From Spirochaetia bacterium (GTDB lineage Bacteria; Spirochaetota; Spirochaetia; SZUA-6; Bin103): a stretch of DNA of 64,000 bases. The position numbers were made by a program, and so were the translations under genes. Shown in pieces: positions 20,354 through 31,489 of this stretch; position 1 is the first letter of the stretch; each line of letters begins with the position of its first letter. Location of the stretch: positions 160,001 through 224,000 of the forward strand of contig CBDAOI010000002.1 in the NCBI GenBank assembly GCA_965198005.1, given 5' to 3'. The notes beneath the pieces were generated by a model. That model saw nothing but the letters and a program-made list of their open reading frames with translations. It made no database searches and had not been told where the DNA came from.

Positions 20354-21667
20354 GTGATAGACGAAGGCCCTCGCCGCCCGGCGACCACCTCGGAGTTCTT
20401 CACTTCCGGCGTCGCGCAACGGGACCCGATGATCGCCGAGGCGCTGGCCAGCGAAGGGCGGCGCCAGCAGCAGCAGATCGAACTCATCGCTTCCGAGAAC
20501 ATTGTCAGCCGCGCCGTCCTCGAGGCGCTCGGTCATGAAGTGGTGAACAAGACGCTCGAAGGATACCCAGGCGCCCGCTACCACGCCGGCGGGCGCTTCG
20601 TGGACGTGATCGAGCAGGCCGCCGTGGACCGCGCGTGCGAGCTGTTCGGGTGCGCCTACGCGAACGTACAGCCGCACTCCGGCAGCCAAGCCAACCTCGC
20701 CGTGTTCTTCGCGTTGGTGCGGCCCGGCGACCGCGTGCTGAGCCTGGACTTGGCCGCGGGCGGTCACTTGAGCCACGGGCTCCGCGCGAACCTGTCAGGC
20801 CGCTGGTTCGAGGTCCACCACTACGGGGTCTCCCGCGAGACTGGAATGATCGACTACGGCGAGGCGGAGGCGAGGATTTTGGAGGTGCGGCCGCGACTGC
20901 TGATCGCTGGCGGGTCCTCCTACCCGCGAACCCTGGACTTCGAGAGGCTGGCCGACGCTGCCCGGACGGTCGGTGCGTACTTCGTGGTGGATATGGCGCA
21001 TATCGCCGGCCTCGTGGCTGGCGGCGCCCACCCGTCGCCGATACCGCACGCCGATATTGTCACCTGCACCACCACAAAGACCCTGCGCGGGCCGCGCGGC
21101 GGAATGATCCTCGCGCGGGATGAGAGCTGGAGAAGGAAATTGCAATCCGCCGTCTTTCCGGGCGTCCAGGGCAGCATCCACACTCAGGTCATAGCCGCGA
21201 AGGCGGTCTGCCTGGGCGAGGCGCTGCAACCGGAGTTCAGAGACTACGCCCACCAAGTCAAGAAGAACGCCGCGCGCTTGGCCGCGGTCCTGGCCGATGG
21301 CGGACTGGCGGTCGTTACCGGCGGCACGGACACCCACATCGTCCTGCTGGACCTATCCGACATCGGAATGACCGGTCAGGCTGCCGAGCGCGTTCTCGAG
21401 CGGTACGGCATCACGACCAACAAGAATCCGATCCCGTTCGACGTCAGCAATCCGGCCGAGTGGAGCGGGCTGCGGATAGGAGTCGCGGCCGCCACCACGC
21501 GCGGGTTCCGGGAGGCGGAAATGGAACAGCTCGGACAGGTGATTTCCTCCCTGCTGACGGCACCCGGTGCCGGCGACGAGGCGCAACGGATCGTGGCGAG
21601 GCTCTGCCGATCGTTCCCGCTCGGCATGCGGACGCATGACGGTGTTGCTGTTGTTCGGCCTGGGTGA
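20354..21667 (+). CDS. glyA: Serine hydroxymethyltransferase, full length
   Basis: ELIASEN, NKTLEGYPG, NVQPHSGSQAN, GGHLSHG, DMAHIAGLVA, TTTKTLRGPRGG, GGTDTH, NKNPIPFD. Confidence 0.95.
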   Translation: MIDEGPRRPATTSEFFTSGVAQRDPMIAEALASEGRRQQQQIELIASENIVSRAVLEALGHEVVNKTLEGYPGARYHAGGRFVDVIEQAAVDRACELFGCAYANVQPHSGSQANLAVFFALVRPGDRVLSLDLAAGGHLSHGLRANLSGRWFEVHHYGVSRETGMIDYGEAEARILEVRPRLLIAGGSSYPRTLDFERLADAARTVGAYFVVDMAHIAGLVAGGAHPSPIPHADIVTCTTTKTLRGPRGGMILARDESWRRKLQSAVFPGVQGSIHTQVIAAKAVCLGEALQPEFRDYAHQVKKNAARLAAVLADGGLAVVTGGTDTHIVLLDLSDIGMTGQAAERVLERYGITTNKNPIPFDVSNPAEWSGLRIGVAAATTRGFREAEMEQLGQVISSLLTAPGAGDEAQRIVARLCRSFPLGMRTHDGVAVVRPG

Positions 21668-22269
21668 TCCTTGGTAGTATTGGCGACAACATGAGCGGGC
21701 CGAACGAAACTGTTTCCATGACGGTGGTGAACTGGAATGTCGAGTGGGCCACCCCCGGATCCTGGAGTCGTCGCGACGAGATCCTGAGCCGTATCGACCG
21801 GGAAGCTCCGGACATTGTGTGTCTCACGGAGTCGGACATCAGGCTGTTGGCCGGCATGCCGGGCCACACGATCCACTCTCAGCCGGACGGCGTAAAGGGG
21901 ATCGACAACCTACGGATGGTGATCCTTTGGTCGAGAGAGCCATGGGAGCAGGTCGATGACTTCGGATCAGACTCGATGCCTCCAGGCAGCTTCGTGTCCG
22001 GCGTCACCCGCACGCCTTTGGGCGATGTTACGATCCTTGGGGTCTGCATACCCTACCAAGAGATTCGGGATGCCCTGCGGGACGCCATCCCCCCAGACAT
22101 CACGATTGCCACCGCCGCGCTCGGTCTCGGCGGCCGAAGGGTGATCGACCACGTTGCGCTGAGCGAGGATCTGTCAGCGCGGTCTCTGCGGCTGATCAGC
22201 CGATTCCACCAGGAGAGGAAACTGTCAGACCACCCAGGGGTGGTTGCCGATCTGTCATCGCTGGTGTAG
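21664..22269 (+). pseudogene. EEP family duplicate with an in-frame 56-aa deletion removing the GDFN motif
   Basis: Alignment to 11255..12028: CIPYQ joins directly to EIRDALRD. Confidence 0.85.
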
Positions 22270-22286
22270 CCGACCGGTTCCAGTCG

Positions 22287-22540
22287 ATCTGGTCGGTCTT
22301 CTCCAAGGTGGCCGCCGCTCTGGACGAGCACCTGCTCCTGACCGAACCGCGCCTGTTCGGTCGCCTGGAGCGCCGGCTCGCGCAGATGGAGCGCCCGCCG
22401 TTCGAGTTCTGCGTGGTGGACGAGGCGCAGGACATCGGCGTGGCCGAGTTGCGCTTTCTGGCCGCCCTCGGGGCCGGCCGCCCGGACGCCCTGTTCTTCC
22501 CAGTGACATCGGTCAAAGGAACTTCCGGACGCCGTTCGAC
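22287..22540 (+). pseudogene. Short UvrD helicase fragment (third copy)
   Basis: FEFCVVDEAQDIGVAELRFLAALG then frameshift and truncation. Confidence 0.8.
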
Positions 22541-23049
22541 GCACGGAAGAAGAGGGCCCACACGGGGGATCTCGCGGGATAGTCCGGAAATCGTGTTGCG
22601 CGCGCCGGTCGGAAAGTGAGCCAAAACGCCGGTCGGTTTTTGACCCACCCAAGCAGTGCAGATGGAGTGTAACGGAGGCGGCGGTAAATGGGGAGGGGGT
22701 CCGGGGGAGGGGTGAGATTGCTTGTGGATATTGTGGAAAACTCGGCATTGAGCTGCGGGTGCTGCGGCGACGTGGACGGCCGTGATCGGCGCCGGTCTGC
22801 GCGGTTAGGCCGTCGCAGGGCCGTGGTCAGTGAAGCTGCCGGGATTCAGCGGGTGCTGCGAGTCAGAATGGAGAACCTGAGGGCCGATTCGGTGTTCAGC
22901 AGGGGGGTATCCAGAGACCACCTGTGCGCGTGGCGGGGCCTTGCAGGGTCGCTGTGAGCGCGTGTTCCGCGCCGGACAGGCAGGATGCCGGCCTGCGGTG
23001 GCGCTACCGCCGTCGGGTGGGTGCGACCGAGCCGATCCAGGAGCCCGTG

Positions 23050-24950
23050 TCTGTGCGGGACCGCCGGCAGTGCGCCGCTTGGAAATTGACCCACCCCGGC
23101 GGCGCGTGGAGCCGTCGCAGGGCCGTGGTCAGTGATGCTCGCCACTGCAGCGCATGCGGCGGTCGGGATGTGGTAAGGAGAGCCTGCGCGGAACGAGTTG
23201 GCGGTGACAGTTGGGAAGCGACCGTGAGGTGGCTGCGGCGCGCTACGGCATGCCGGCTGCCGGATCGGAGTGGAACGTCAGTAACGACCGCAGGCAGGGG
23301 CCGGCTGCGGCTTGCCTCAGTCGCGCCCGTACCCTCGCGGCGGCTCGACGCTCTCCAGTTCGGCAAGATCAAGCCCGCAGATCGGTCCCAGATAGCTGCC
23401 CAGGGACGGCAGGCGCACACTGGACTGGAAGGAGAAGTCGAACTCCCCGACGGTCTTCAGGAACGGGAAGCGAGCCGGTCTGACCGAGCGCTGGATGCGG
23501 GTCTGTTGGCGATGGGCGATGGGAGATCTCCTCGGTGATCAGCAGCCGAGGAACTCCCGGCACGACCAGCCATGCGTCTGTGCGCGCTCGAGCAACTGCC
23601 GCCAGCGGCGGCGGGTGTTGGCCAGGTTGAGCCGGCGCAGCAGCGGATCGAACTCCACGGTGGCCGGATCGTAGGGCAGCGAGTGCGAGGTGGCCGCGCT
23701 CATCGCCAGCGCTTCTGAGAGGGTGTGGATGCGTGCTCGACCGGCCCGGTGGGTGCTGGCTGCACGCGGATCAGGTCGGTGACGGAGAAAAATCGTTCAT
23801 AGCGGCCCTGTGCGGCGTTTTCTCAGAGCAGGTGGTATCCCACAACACCCCCCTGGATAGACGATTGCAGCTCGATACGGTGCCATAATCACGGTCTCTC
23901 GCTGCGGTGGGGCTGGTCGCGGGCGGTCTCCGATCCCCGTTCAGGCACCGGACGACGTACTCGGTGGTGCAGGTGTGCGCGGCCACGGCGCCTGGAACGC
24001 GCGGTCCAGCGTCTTGGGACCATGCTGCTGCAGGTGGTGCGGGACCGCCGCTTGGAAATTGACCCACCCCGGCGGCGTGTGGAGCCGTCGCAGGGCCGTG
24101 GTCAGTGATGCTCGCCGCTGCAGCGCATGCGGCGGTCGGGATGTGGTAAGGAGAGCCTGCGCGGAACGAGTTGGCGGTGACAGTTGGGAAGCGACCGTGA
24201 GGTGGCCCCGATTCGGCGCCGCTACGGCATGCCGGCTGCCGGATCGGGGTGGAACGTCAGTAACGACCGCAGGCAGGGGCCGGCTGCGGCTTGCCTCAGT
24301 CGCGCCCGTACCCTCGCGGCGGCTCGACGCTCTCCAGTTCGGCAAGATCAAGCCCGCAGATCGGTCCCAGATAGCTGCCCAGGGACGGCAGGCGCACACT
24401 GGACTGGAAGGAGAAGTCGAACTCCCCGACGGTCTTCAGGAACGGGAAGCGAGCCGGTCTGACCGAGCGCTGGATGCGGGTCTGTTGGCGATGGGCGATG
24501 GGAGATCTCCTCGGTGATCAGCACGCCGAGGAACTCCCGGCACGACCAGCCATGCGTCTGTGCGCGCTCGAGCAACTGCCGCCAGCGGCGGCGGGTGTTG
24601 GCCAGGTTGAGCCGGCGCAGCAGCGGATCGAACTCCACGGTGGCCGGATCGTAGGGCAGCGAGTGCGAGGTGGCCGCGTTCATCGCCAGCGCTTCTGAGA
24701 GGGTGCGGATGCGTGCTCGACCGGCCCGGTGGGTGCTGGCTGCACGCGGATCATGTCGGTGACGGAGAAAAATCGTTCATAGCGGCCCTGTGCGGCGTTT
24801 TCTCAGACGATTGCAGCTCGATACGGTGCCATAATCACGGTCTCCTCGCTCCGGTGGAGCTGGTCGCGGGCGGTCTCCGATCCCCGTTCAGGCACCCACC
24901 GGACGACGTATTCGGTGATGCAGGTGTGCGCGGCCACGGCGGCCTGGAAC
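23050..24950. repeat. Tandem duplication (about 0.98 kb period) of a degenerate second IS21 (istB N-terminus, istA C-terminus)
   Basis: Near-identical ORFs ending 23538 and 24517; LLRRLNLANTRRRW...GWSCREFLGVLITEEI istB-like peptide. Confidence 0.85.
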
Positions 24951-25375
24951 GTCGCGATACCAGGTGCGCGGGGCACGGTGCACCAACATCGTGAGGAACT
25001 GCAGTGCCGCCTTCCCGGTCTCCAGCAGATGCTCGCGTTGCAGATAGCGGCGACCCGTTTCCGGAGACCGCCGCCAACTGCGCGGCGCGCTGCTCGGGCT
25101 GGCGCGACACCGTCCCCTTGGCGATGTAACGCGGATGCCTGGTAGCGACCGGCGACGATGTGCACGTGGTCCCGGTACAGAAACAGAGCCCCGGCCATTC
25201 CTGCGGCCTCCGGGGGCATCGCATGCCGCGACCGTCGTAGCTCACCTCGGCGGTCACGGTTCCACTCGGTCACTTCCCCGTTCTTCGCCCACCTCAGCGC
25301 CACCGTCTTGGGACGGTCGAACACCCCGCACAGTGTCACCCCACCGAACAAAACGAAGTTAGTCAACGCTCATGG
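24690..25375 (-). pseudogene. Degenerate IstA fragments of a second IS21
   Basis: FGGV....VFDRPKTVALRW...GEVTEWN and LFLYRDHVHIVAGRY in different frames. Confidence 0.65.
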
Positions 25376-25493
25376 CCACTGCGCACCGTTACGTAACGGG
25401 TCCTGGTCCATCCGGCAGACGGTGCATCTGCGCCGCGCTCAGTGCTCACCGCGGCGCCAGTCGGGGGCGCCGGGCGTTCCTGTGAGCGGCGGG

Positions 25494-26267
25494 TCATGGC
25501 GTCGCCTGCGGGGAGCCGCCGCCGCTACGGCGGCGTGCCGCGGTGCGGTAGGAGACCCCCTTGGTGGTGATGATGTGCGCGTGGTGGCCGAGCCGGTCCA
25601 GCAGCGCCGTGGTCAGCTTCTCGTCAGCGAACACGCTGACCCATTCGCCGAACGCCAGATTGGTGGTGACAATCGTCGCGCGTCGTTCATAGCGATCAGC
25701 GATCAGGTTGAACAACAGTTCGCCACCAGCGCGGTCGAACGGGACAAAGCCCAGCTCGTCGATGATCAACAAGCTCACCCGACGCAGCCGCAGCTGCAGC
25801 CGTCCCAGTTCCCGGTCGTCCCTGGCCTCCAGCAGCTGGCGCACCAGATCGGCCGCTTTGACGAACAGCACGCGGAACCGCCGCTTGGCCGCTTCCACTC
25901 CCAAAGCGATGGCCAGATGCGATTTGCCGGTGCCGATCGGACCGGCGATCACCACGTCCTCGGGCTTCTCGACGAACCCACAGCTCGCCAGTTCGATGAT
26001 CTGCTGCTTGGAGACCCCCGCCATGGCATCCCAGTCGATCTGCCCCAGGGTCTTCAGGTCGGGAAAGCGCGCTTCGCGCAGCCGGCGCGCAGTGGTGCTG
26101 GCTTCACGGGCGCGGATCTCGCTGTCGAGCAGTTCCCGCAGGTATTCCGCGTAGGTCCAGGAGTCGGCACCGGCTTGGCGAGCGAGTTGCCCGTATTCAC
26201 GCCGCATGGTCGGCAGCTTGAGAGACTTCAGGTGCTGCTCGATCACCGCATCCGTCAGCTCGCTCAT
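25494..26267 (-). CDS. istB: IS21 helper ATPase
   Basis: [55 protein letters not shown]. Confidence 0.95.
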   Translation of the reverse strand: MSELTDAVIEQHLKSLKLPTMRREYGQLARQAGADSWTYAEYLRELLDSEIRAREASTTARRLREARFPDLKTLGQIDWDAMAGVSKQQIIELASCGFVEKPEDVVIAGPIGTGKSHLAIALGVEAAKRRFRVLFVKAADLVRQLLEARDDRELGRLQLRLRRVSLLIIDELGFVPFDRAGGELLFNLIADRYERRATIVTTNLAFGEWVSVFADEKLTTALLDRLGHHAHIITTKGVSYRTAARRRSGGGSPQATP

Positions 26268-27730
26268 CAGTCGCTCCCCAGCAGCAGCGCGTCGTAGGCA
26301 GCGGCGGGCGTCGACTCCACTTGGTAATGCTGCAGCGCCGCCGGTACCGGCACCGTCGCCGGCGGCGTGCTCGGCTGGCGCGGCGCTGGCGGCACCGCAG
26401 CAAGCGCTTCGCTGAGCGTCTCGGCCACCAGTTGCTCGCCATGCTCGACGATGGCGCCGACCAGCTTGGCCACCACCCGTGCCGCCTCCAGCTCCCCGTA
26501 ACGGGTACTCAGCAACCGCCACAGCTGCTCGTACGGCGCGCCGAGTTCGGCCATCAGCTCGGGCGCTACCTGGCGCACCGCCTGCGGCTTCTTCGCCAGT
26601 TCGTCGAGATAGTGCTTATACTTGACCGTCCGGCTCCCCCGCGCCTGCTTGGCGACGGTGATCCGTTCCTCGCGCCACTCCAGCACGATGTCGGCCACCC
26701 CCACGTAGGCGGTCGCCTGGCTGCCTGACCAGTGACTGGGCACCGAGTACTGCGCACCGTCCACCCGCACCAGCGCTTGCCGGCTCACGCCCACCGGCAC
26801 GACTTGGCGCGCCTCGAACGGACGCTCGGGCAACGGGCGCAACAGCGCGCGCTCCTCGTTGAAGCGCTGCGCCACGGTGCGCCCCTGCTGGTCGGCGCGG
26901 GTGGCGCTCGCCGCGTCCGGATTCTTCAGCAGCAGCGCCGCGATCTCTGCCAGCGACTGGCCGCCGGGAATCGGCGTCAGGTGCTGCAGGCGTACGTTCT
27001 TGCCGCGCGCCTCCACGCCGCCCTTGTCGTGCCCCTCGCCCGGACGCGCGAAGCACGGCTCGAACAGATAATGCGAGCACAACGCCAGAAACCGCGCGCT
27101 GAGTTCTCGCTCGATCCCCAGCCTCCGTTTCACCGCCGCCTTCAGGTTGTCGTAGATGCAACGCTGCCAAACCCCGCCGAGATGCTTGAAGGCGCGCACG
27201 TGGCCGTCCAGAAAGGCAACTTGGTTGCAGCGTTCGTACAGCCACGCAAAGTCCCGCCCCGAATACATCAGGCGCAGCACGAACAGCCACGCCTTCTGCC
27301 GCTCGCCAGCGACCTCCACGGTCACCTCGAAGAAGTCCACCTGTGCGGCGTCCCCGGCGCGCCACACCAGCGGCAGGTACACCTCCTGGCGCGCGCGCCG
27401 CTTCTCGGCCAGATAGGCGCGCACCGTGGTGCTGCCTACCAGGTGGCCTTCCCCCACCAACTGCTTGTGCACCAGCGTCCCGGTGATGCGCTGCTTCGGC
27501 GTCGTCCGGCGCCCCCACTCCTGCAGTATCTCGTCGATCCGCTCGCGTACCTCGTCCAGCACCGGCTGCGTGCGCTTGCCTGCCTCCCGCCGCCGTGGCT
27601 CGCCGTCGGCGTCCACGTACTTGCGCACCGTGTTCCGGCTCACCCCCAGATCACGGGCGATCTGTCGGATCGACAGTCCCTCGTGGTGCCACTTGTGTTT
27701 GATAACGTATGCAAGATCCATCCCCAGCAT
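26267..27730 (-). CDS. istA: IS21 transposase
   Basis: [47 protein letters not shown]. Confidence 0.95.
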   Translation of the reverse strand: MLGMDLAYVIKHKWHHEGLSIRQIARDLGVSRNTVRKYVDADGEPRRREAGKRTQPVLDEVRERIDEILQEWGRRTTPKQRITGTLVHKQLVGEGHLVGSTTVRAYLAEKRRARQEVYLPLVWRAGDAAQVDFFEVTVEVAGERQKAWLFVLRLMYSGRDFAWLYERCNQVAFLDGHVRAFKHLGGVWQRCIYDNLKAAVKRRLGIERELSARFLALCSHYLFEPCFARPGEGHDKGGVEARGKNVRLQHLTPIPGGQSLAEIAALLLKNPDAASATRADQQGRTVAQRFNEERALLRPLPERPFEARQVVPVGVSRQALVRVDGAQYSVPSHWSGSQATAYVGVADIVLEWREERITVAKQARGSRTVKYKHYLDELAKKPQAVRQVAPELMAELGAPYEQLWRLLSTRYGELEAARVVAKLVGAIVEHGEQLVAETLSEALAAVPPAPRQPSTPPATVPVPAALQHYQVESTPAAAYDALLLGSD

Positions 27731-27994
27731 CCTTCCCTCCGGTCAGCTTGATGTTTGAGCAACACCAAACTACCAGCCGGAGGCTGACTGCCGGGGGTGG
27801 GTCAATTTCTAACCGGCAAATGGCTCACTTTCCGAGCGGCGCGTGCACGTGTCCAACGGACGAACCTCGGTGCACCGGTTTCATGGTCTTCGGCGTCACG
27901 GAGGGACCGTGCCTACTGATCCGCAGGCCGGCCAGCGCGGTTCACGGCGCCGGTTGACAGGGCGGGAGCGCTGCTCAATGAATGGCAGCCAGCT

Positions 27995-28207
27995 ATGGTT
28001 CCCAACAAGATTCTGCAGCGGATAAACCGCTACGAGAAGACGCTCGGGTTGACGCTCAGCGAACCATCCGGGCTGATGGTGGAGCTGGCCGGCCGGTGCG
28101 GGCTGGACTTCGTGAGCTTCGACGCCCAGCACACGCCGTTGACGCCGGCCGCGATCGGCGAGATGTGCCGCATCGCCGACCCCTATGGCATGACGGTCTC
28201 CATGCGT
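27995..28207 (+). pseudogene. HpcH/HpaI aldolase N-terminal fragment
   Basis: MVELAGRCGLDFVSFDAQH; breaks at TAGGCCGGTT-type repeats 28207-28245. Confidence 0.7.
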
Positions 28208-28256
28208 AGGCCTGGTCTAGGCCGGTTTAGGCCGGTTTAGGCCTGACGAGGAGGAT

Positions 28257-28972
28257 TTGGCATTGAGTACCTCTGAAAAACCAACTCTCACCGATAATCT
28301 CGACCCATTTCCGAACAAGATCCAGATCGAAGTTTCTGACCTGGGACCGATCGCCAGTGGAAGCGTGAGGATAAAGCCGCTTACGGTTTTTGTCGGACCG
28401 AGCAATACAGGGAAGACCTATCTCTCCGTCTTGATTTATGCTTTGCATCGTGTCTTGAGTGGGTTTCGACTACTTCCAGTACCGCATCGGAGCTTGCTAC
28501 ATCCGTACGATATCTTGGAAACCAATCGTCCGACGCACTCCAGTGTTCGCAAGGATCCCGGAGTATCTGCCGAGGAAATTGTCGATCTAATGGCCAAGTG
28601 CAACACCGGATATCGTCCGTTCATGTTTCGGATCTTTCGGAATCAGTGCGCGATAGTGTACAGTCAGTCCTCCGAAATACGGAGCTTCTTGGACGTGATG
28701 TCGAGATCGAAATCAGACGATGTTTTGACTCTGGTACGATCCGTGACCTCATTCGGATGTCAAGTCAGACAAGCGAGGGACGTATCGCGGTGAGCATCGG
28801 TGACGATGACCGTGACTATTGGCACTTCAGAGTCAATCTATCGGAACCGAATATCTCCGTGTCAGGAGGTATTGAGAACATGGTTCTAATCCCCAAGAAG
28901 GAGGATCGAGGATTCGATCCTGTTTCGAAGCTCAGTGATCAATCTGGCCGCACACCGACGTCCCTCGCATGA
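28257..28972 (+). pseudogene. AAA_15/AAA_21-type ATPase N-terminal fragment, frameshifted
   Basis: IEVSDLGPI...KPLTVFVGPSNTGKTYLS.LIYAL; frameshift near 28625; no Walker B. Confidence 0.75.
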
Positions 28973-29218
28973 GCGACACTCTCAGCGGAGTCTGCAAGGC
29001 CGCTCACGGGGAGACTGCCCACCGTGTGTTCCTTTTTTTGAATCACAATAGGGACTACGATCCACATATCCAACAGGGTCCCGCTATGTTTCGCCCCGGC
29101 TTCTGCAGACCAGCCGCCACAATTCGTTCTTTCTGTTCGGAGCGCGGGGCACCGTTAAAACGACCTACATCGGGGAGGCGTTCGATCCGGAGGCATCGTT
29201 GTACGTAGCACCACGTTC

Positions 29219-30115
29219 TCAATGGATGATGGCGTGTTCCTCGAAGATCGGTTGCATGGTCTGGTCGGCGAGCATGGCGGCCATGTCGGCGTCGGAGGGA
29301 CGGGGGGCCGGGGCTTCGGCGGCCTCCAGGACCAGCGGCAGGCGGTCTATGTCGGCCATGGTGTTGATGAAGGCGGGGGCGTAGCTCAGGGCGTAGGCCA
29401 CGGCGCGGGCGATGTCCTCGGGTGAGTCGAGCGGCTCGTACCAGGGGCCGCCACCGCGTGGACGGCCGCCCCAGGGACGGCGTGCCACCGACTTGATGAG
29501 CTGCACCGCCACGTTGCGCTCGACGCACAGCGCCTTGAGGCGCATGAAGTCGCCGTAGTAGCGCGGGTCCGTGGCCAGCACGTAGTTCATCGGCAGCAGT
29601 ACGGCGTCGAAGGGGAAGCGCCCCAGGCTGCGCAGGTGCATGCGCGCCACGGCCAGGCCATGACCGGTCACGCCGATGAAGCGCACGATGCCCCGCTCGC
29701 GCGCGGCGACCAGCTCCTCCAAGGCTCCGCCGGGGCCCATGGCGGCAGCCCATCCCTCTTCATCGGTGAGGTTGTGCAACTGGATCAGGTCGATGGTGTC
29801 GGCGCGCAGCCGGCGGCGCGACAGTTCCAACTGGGCGCGCGCCCCTGCCGCCGTGCGCTGGTCGGTCTTGGTGGCCAGGAAGAAGCGGTCGCGATGCTGC
29901 TCCATCCAGGCGCCGATCAGCACCTCGGAGTTGCCCGTGCCGTAGCTGTGCGCGGTGTCGACGTGGTTGACGCCGTGGTGCAGCAGGAGCTCGAGGACGC
30001 GATCGGCGTCGGACGCAGTGGACTCCGGGCTGAAGGCGGCCCCTCCGAACAGGGTCAACGTGCTGTGGTGACCGGTGACGCCGAACGGTTGGATGGGGAT
30101 CATGGTGGGAGCCAT
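29219..30115 (-). CDS. Aldo/keto reductase
   Basis: [47 protein letters not shown]. Confidence 0.92.
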   Translation of the reverse strand: MAPTMIPIQPFGVTGHHSTLTLFGGAAFSPESTASDADRVLELLLHHGVNHVDTAHSYGTGNSEVLIGAWMEQHRDRFFLATKTDQRTAAGARAQLELSRRRLRADTIDLIQLHNLTDEEGWAAAMGPGGALEELVAARERGIVRFIGVTGHGLAVARMHLRSLGRFPFDAVLLPMNYVLATDPRYYGDFMRLKALCVERNVAVQLIKSVARRPWGGRPRGGGPWYEPLDSPEDIARAVAYALSYAPAFINTMADIDRLPLVLEAAEAPAPRPSDADMAAMLADQTMQPIFEEHAIIH

Positions 30116-30211
30116 GATCGCAACAAACTCGATCCGCGTCGAGCAGACCAGCCACGACCCACGTTTCAAGATCGATCATACCGCTATGCCAGTAATCGAG
30201 GCCGGCAGGGC

Positions 30212-30487
30212 ATGAAGGTGCGCTCAGCGCAGTTGATCGGCCACGCGGTCAGGTTCCACCGGCGGAGCAGTGGGCTCAGTCAGCATGGGCTGGCCGATCT
30301 TGCCGGAATCGGCAAGACCTCGGTGTTCGACATCGAGCATGGGAAGCCCACGGTACGCCTGGCGACGCTCATGGCGGTGCTGCGCGTGCTCAACGTCGAT
30401 CTGCTGCTGGATGGGCCGCTGATGACGGAGTGCGGTGCCGCGCTGAGCGCCCGGCGCGGGGAGCCGGCCGAGGAGAACCGGCAATGA
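30212..30487 (+). CDS. XRE/HipB-like HTH regulator
   Basis: VRFHRRSSGLSQHGLADLAGIGKTSVFDIEHGKPTVRLATL. Confidence 0.88.
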   Translation: MKVRSAQLIGHAVRFHRRSSGLSQHGLADLAGIGKTSVFDIEHGKPTVRLATLMAVLRVLNVDLLLDGPLMTECGAALSARRGEPAEENRQ

Positions 30488-30795
30488 GGACGGCCACGGT
30501 CTACGTCATGGGCAAGGCGGCGGGGTTGCTCGAGGAACAGGAAGGAGGGCGCTTCCTGTTCCGCTACCGCGATACGTATGCCGGGCACCCGGTGTCGCTC
30601 TCGATGCCGGTCTCGAGGCGCGAGCACCGGTTCGATCGGTTTCCGCCCTTCTTCGAAGGACTGCTGCCGGAGGGAGAGATGCTGGAGGGGTTGCTGCGCC
30701 AGCGGAAGCTCGACCGAGACGACCTGTTTGCGCAGCTTCTGGCGGTCGGGGAGGATGTGGTCGGGGCGGTAACCATCACCGCGGGGACGGCTTGA
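30484..30795 (+). CDS. HipA N-terminal domain (HipS-like) protein
   Basis: AGLLEE...FLFRY...VSLSMP...FPPFFEGLLPEG...DVVGAVTI; ATGA overlap. Confidence 0.88.
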   Translation: MRTATVYVMGKAAGLLEEQEGGRFLFRYRDTYAGHPVSLSMPVSRREHRFDRFPPFFEGLLPEGEMLEGLLRQRKLDRDDLFAQLLAVGEDVVGAVTITAGTA

Positions 30796-30938
30796 ACCGC
30801 TGTCCCATCACGTACGCACCATGTGGCGATGAGCGGTACTCGCGTGCGGGGTTGCGCTCGCTGTCGCCCAATCTGAAGTCGCTCAACGACTTTCCGTACG
30901 ACGCGGAACGCCAGCGACGGGAGGCACTGGTTACATAG
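30792..30938 (+). pseudogene. HipA/HipT kinase, only the first 48 codons remain
   Basis: TTG-start NRCPITYAPCGDERYSRAGLRSLSPNLKSLNDFPY overlapping the upstream stop; kinase core absent. Confidence 0.7.
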
Positions 30939-31489
30939 CTTGAGACAGTCGATTTGAGCGGCAAACGAGACCTTGGCCGATCTTCCAGACTCCCTTATCG
31001 CGGAACGGGGGAAATGGTCTGTCGCTGAGCGCCGTTGGTCAGCGCGGGACGTTGCGGTAGGCTACATACATGGAACCGCTCGGCCGGTCCGTGTCGTCAA
31101 GGCGATAGATCAGGAGGAAATCACCACCGACATGGCATTCCCGGTAGCGCGCCCACGAGCCTCTGAGCGCGTGCTCCCTCCGTTCGGGAGTCAACCCGGC
31201 GCGGCAGGTTGGCCCGTTTACTGGCCGCTGGCTTCTTCAAGTTCCGCAAACATCTCGTCCGCGCTCGCGAATCGCGCCTTGCGCGTCTTCACCATCTCAG
31301 CATCGAACTCTGTGTCTTCATCCGAGCCTCCTGTATCGCATTTGCGACATAAGCTGTCATACCGGCGCGATCCAGTCAACGCGATGCGGTCAGGCAACCG
31401 TCCTGTCGCCCGCCTTCGTGCCATGTTTGGCCCTTTGACCGGGACCCGCCGGCAGGGGTAGGTTCGATGCGGCGCGAGGCGCCGGCGCC

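Larger units (their letters stand above)
22597..27847 (-). mobile_element. IS21-family element, 5251 bp, with internal cargo
   Basis: TGCGCGCGCCGGTCGGAAAGTGAGCCA at 22597 inverted against TGGCTCACTTTCCGAGCGGCGCGTGCA ending 27847; 5-bp TSD CGTGT at 22592-22596 and 27848-27852. Confidence 0.92.
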
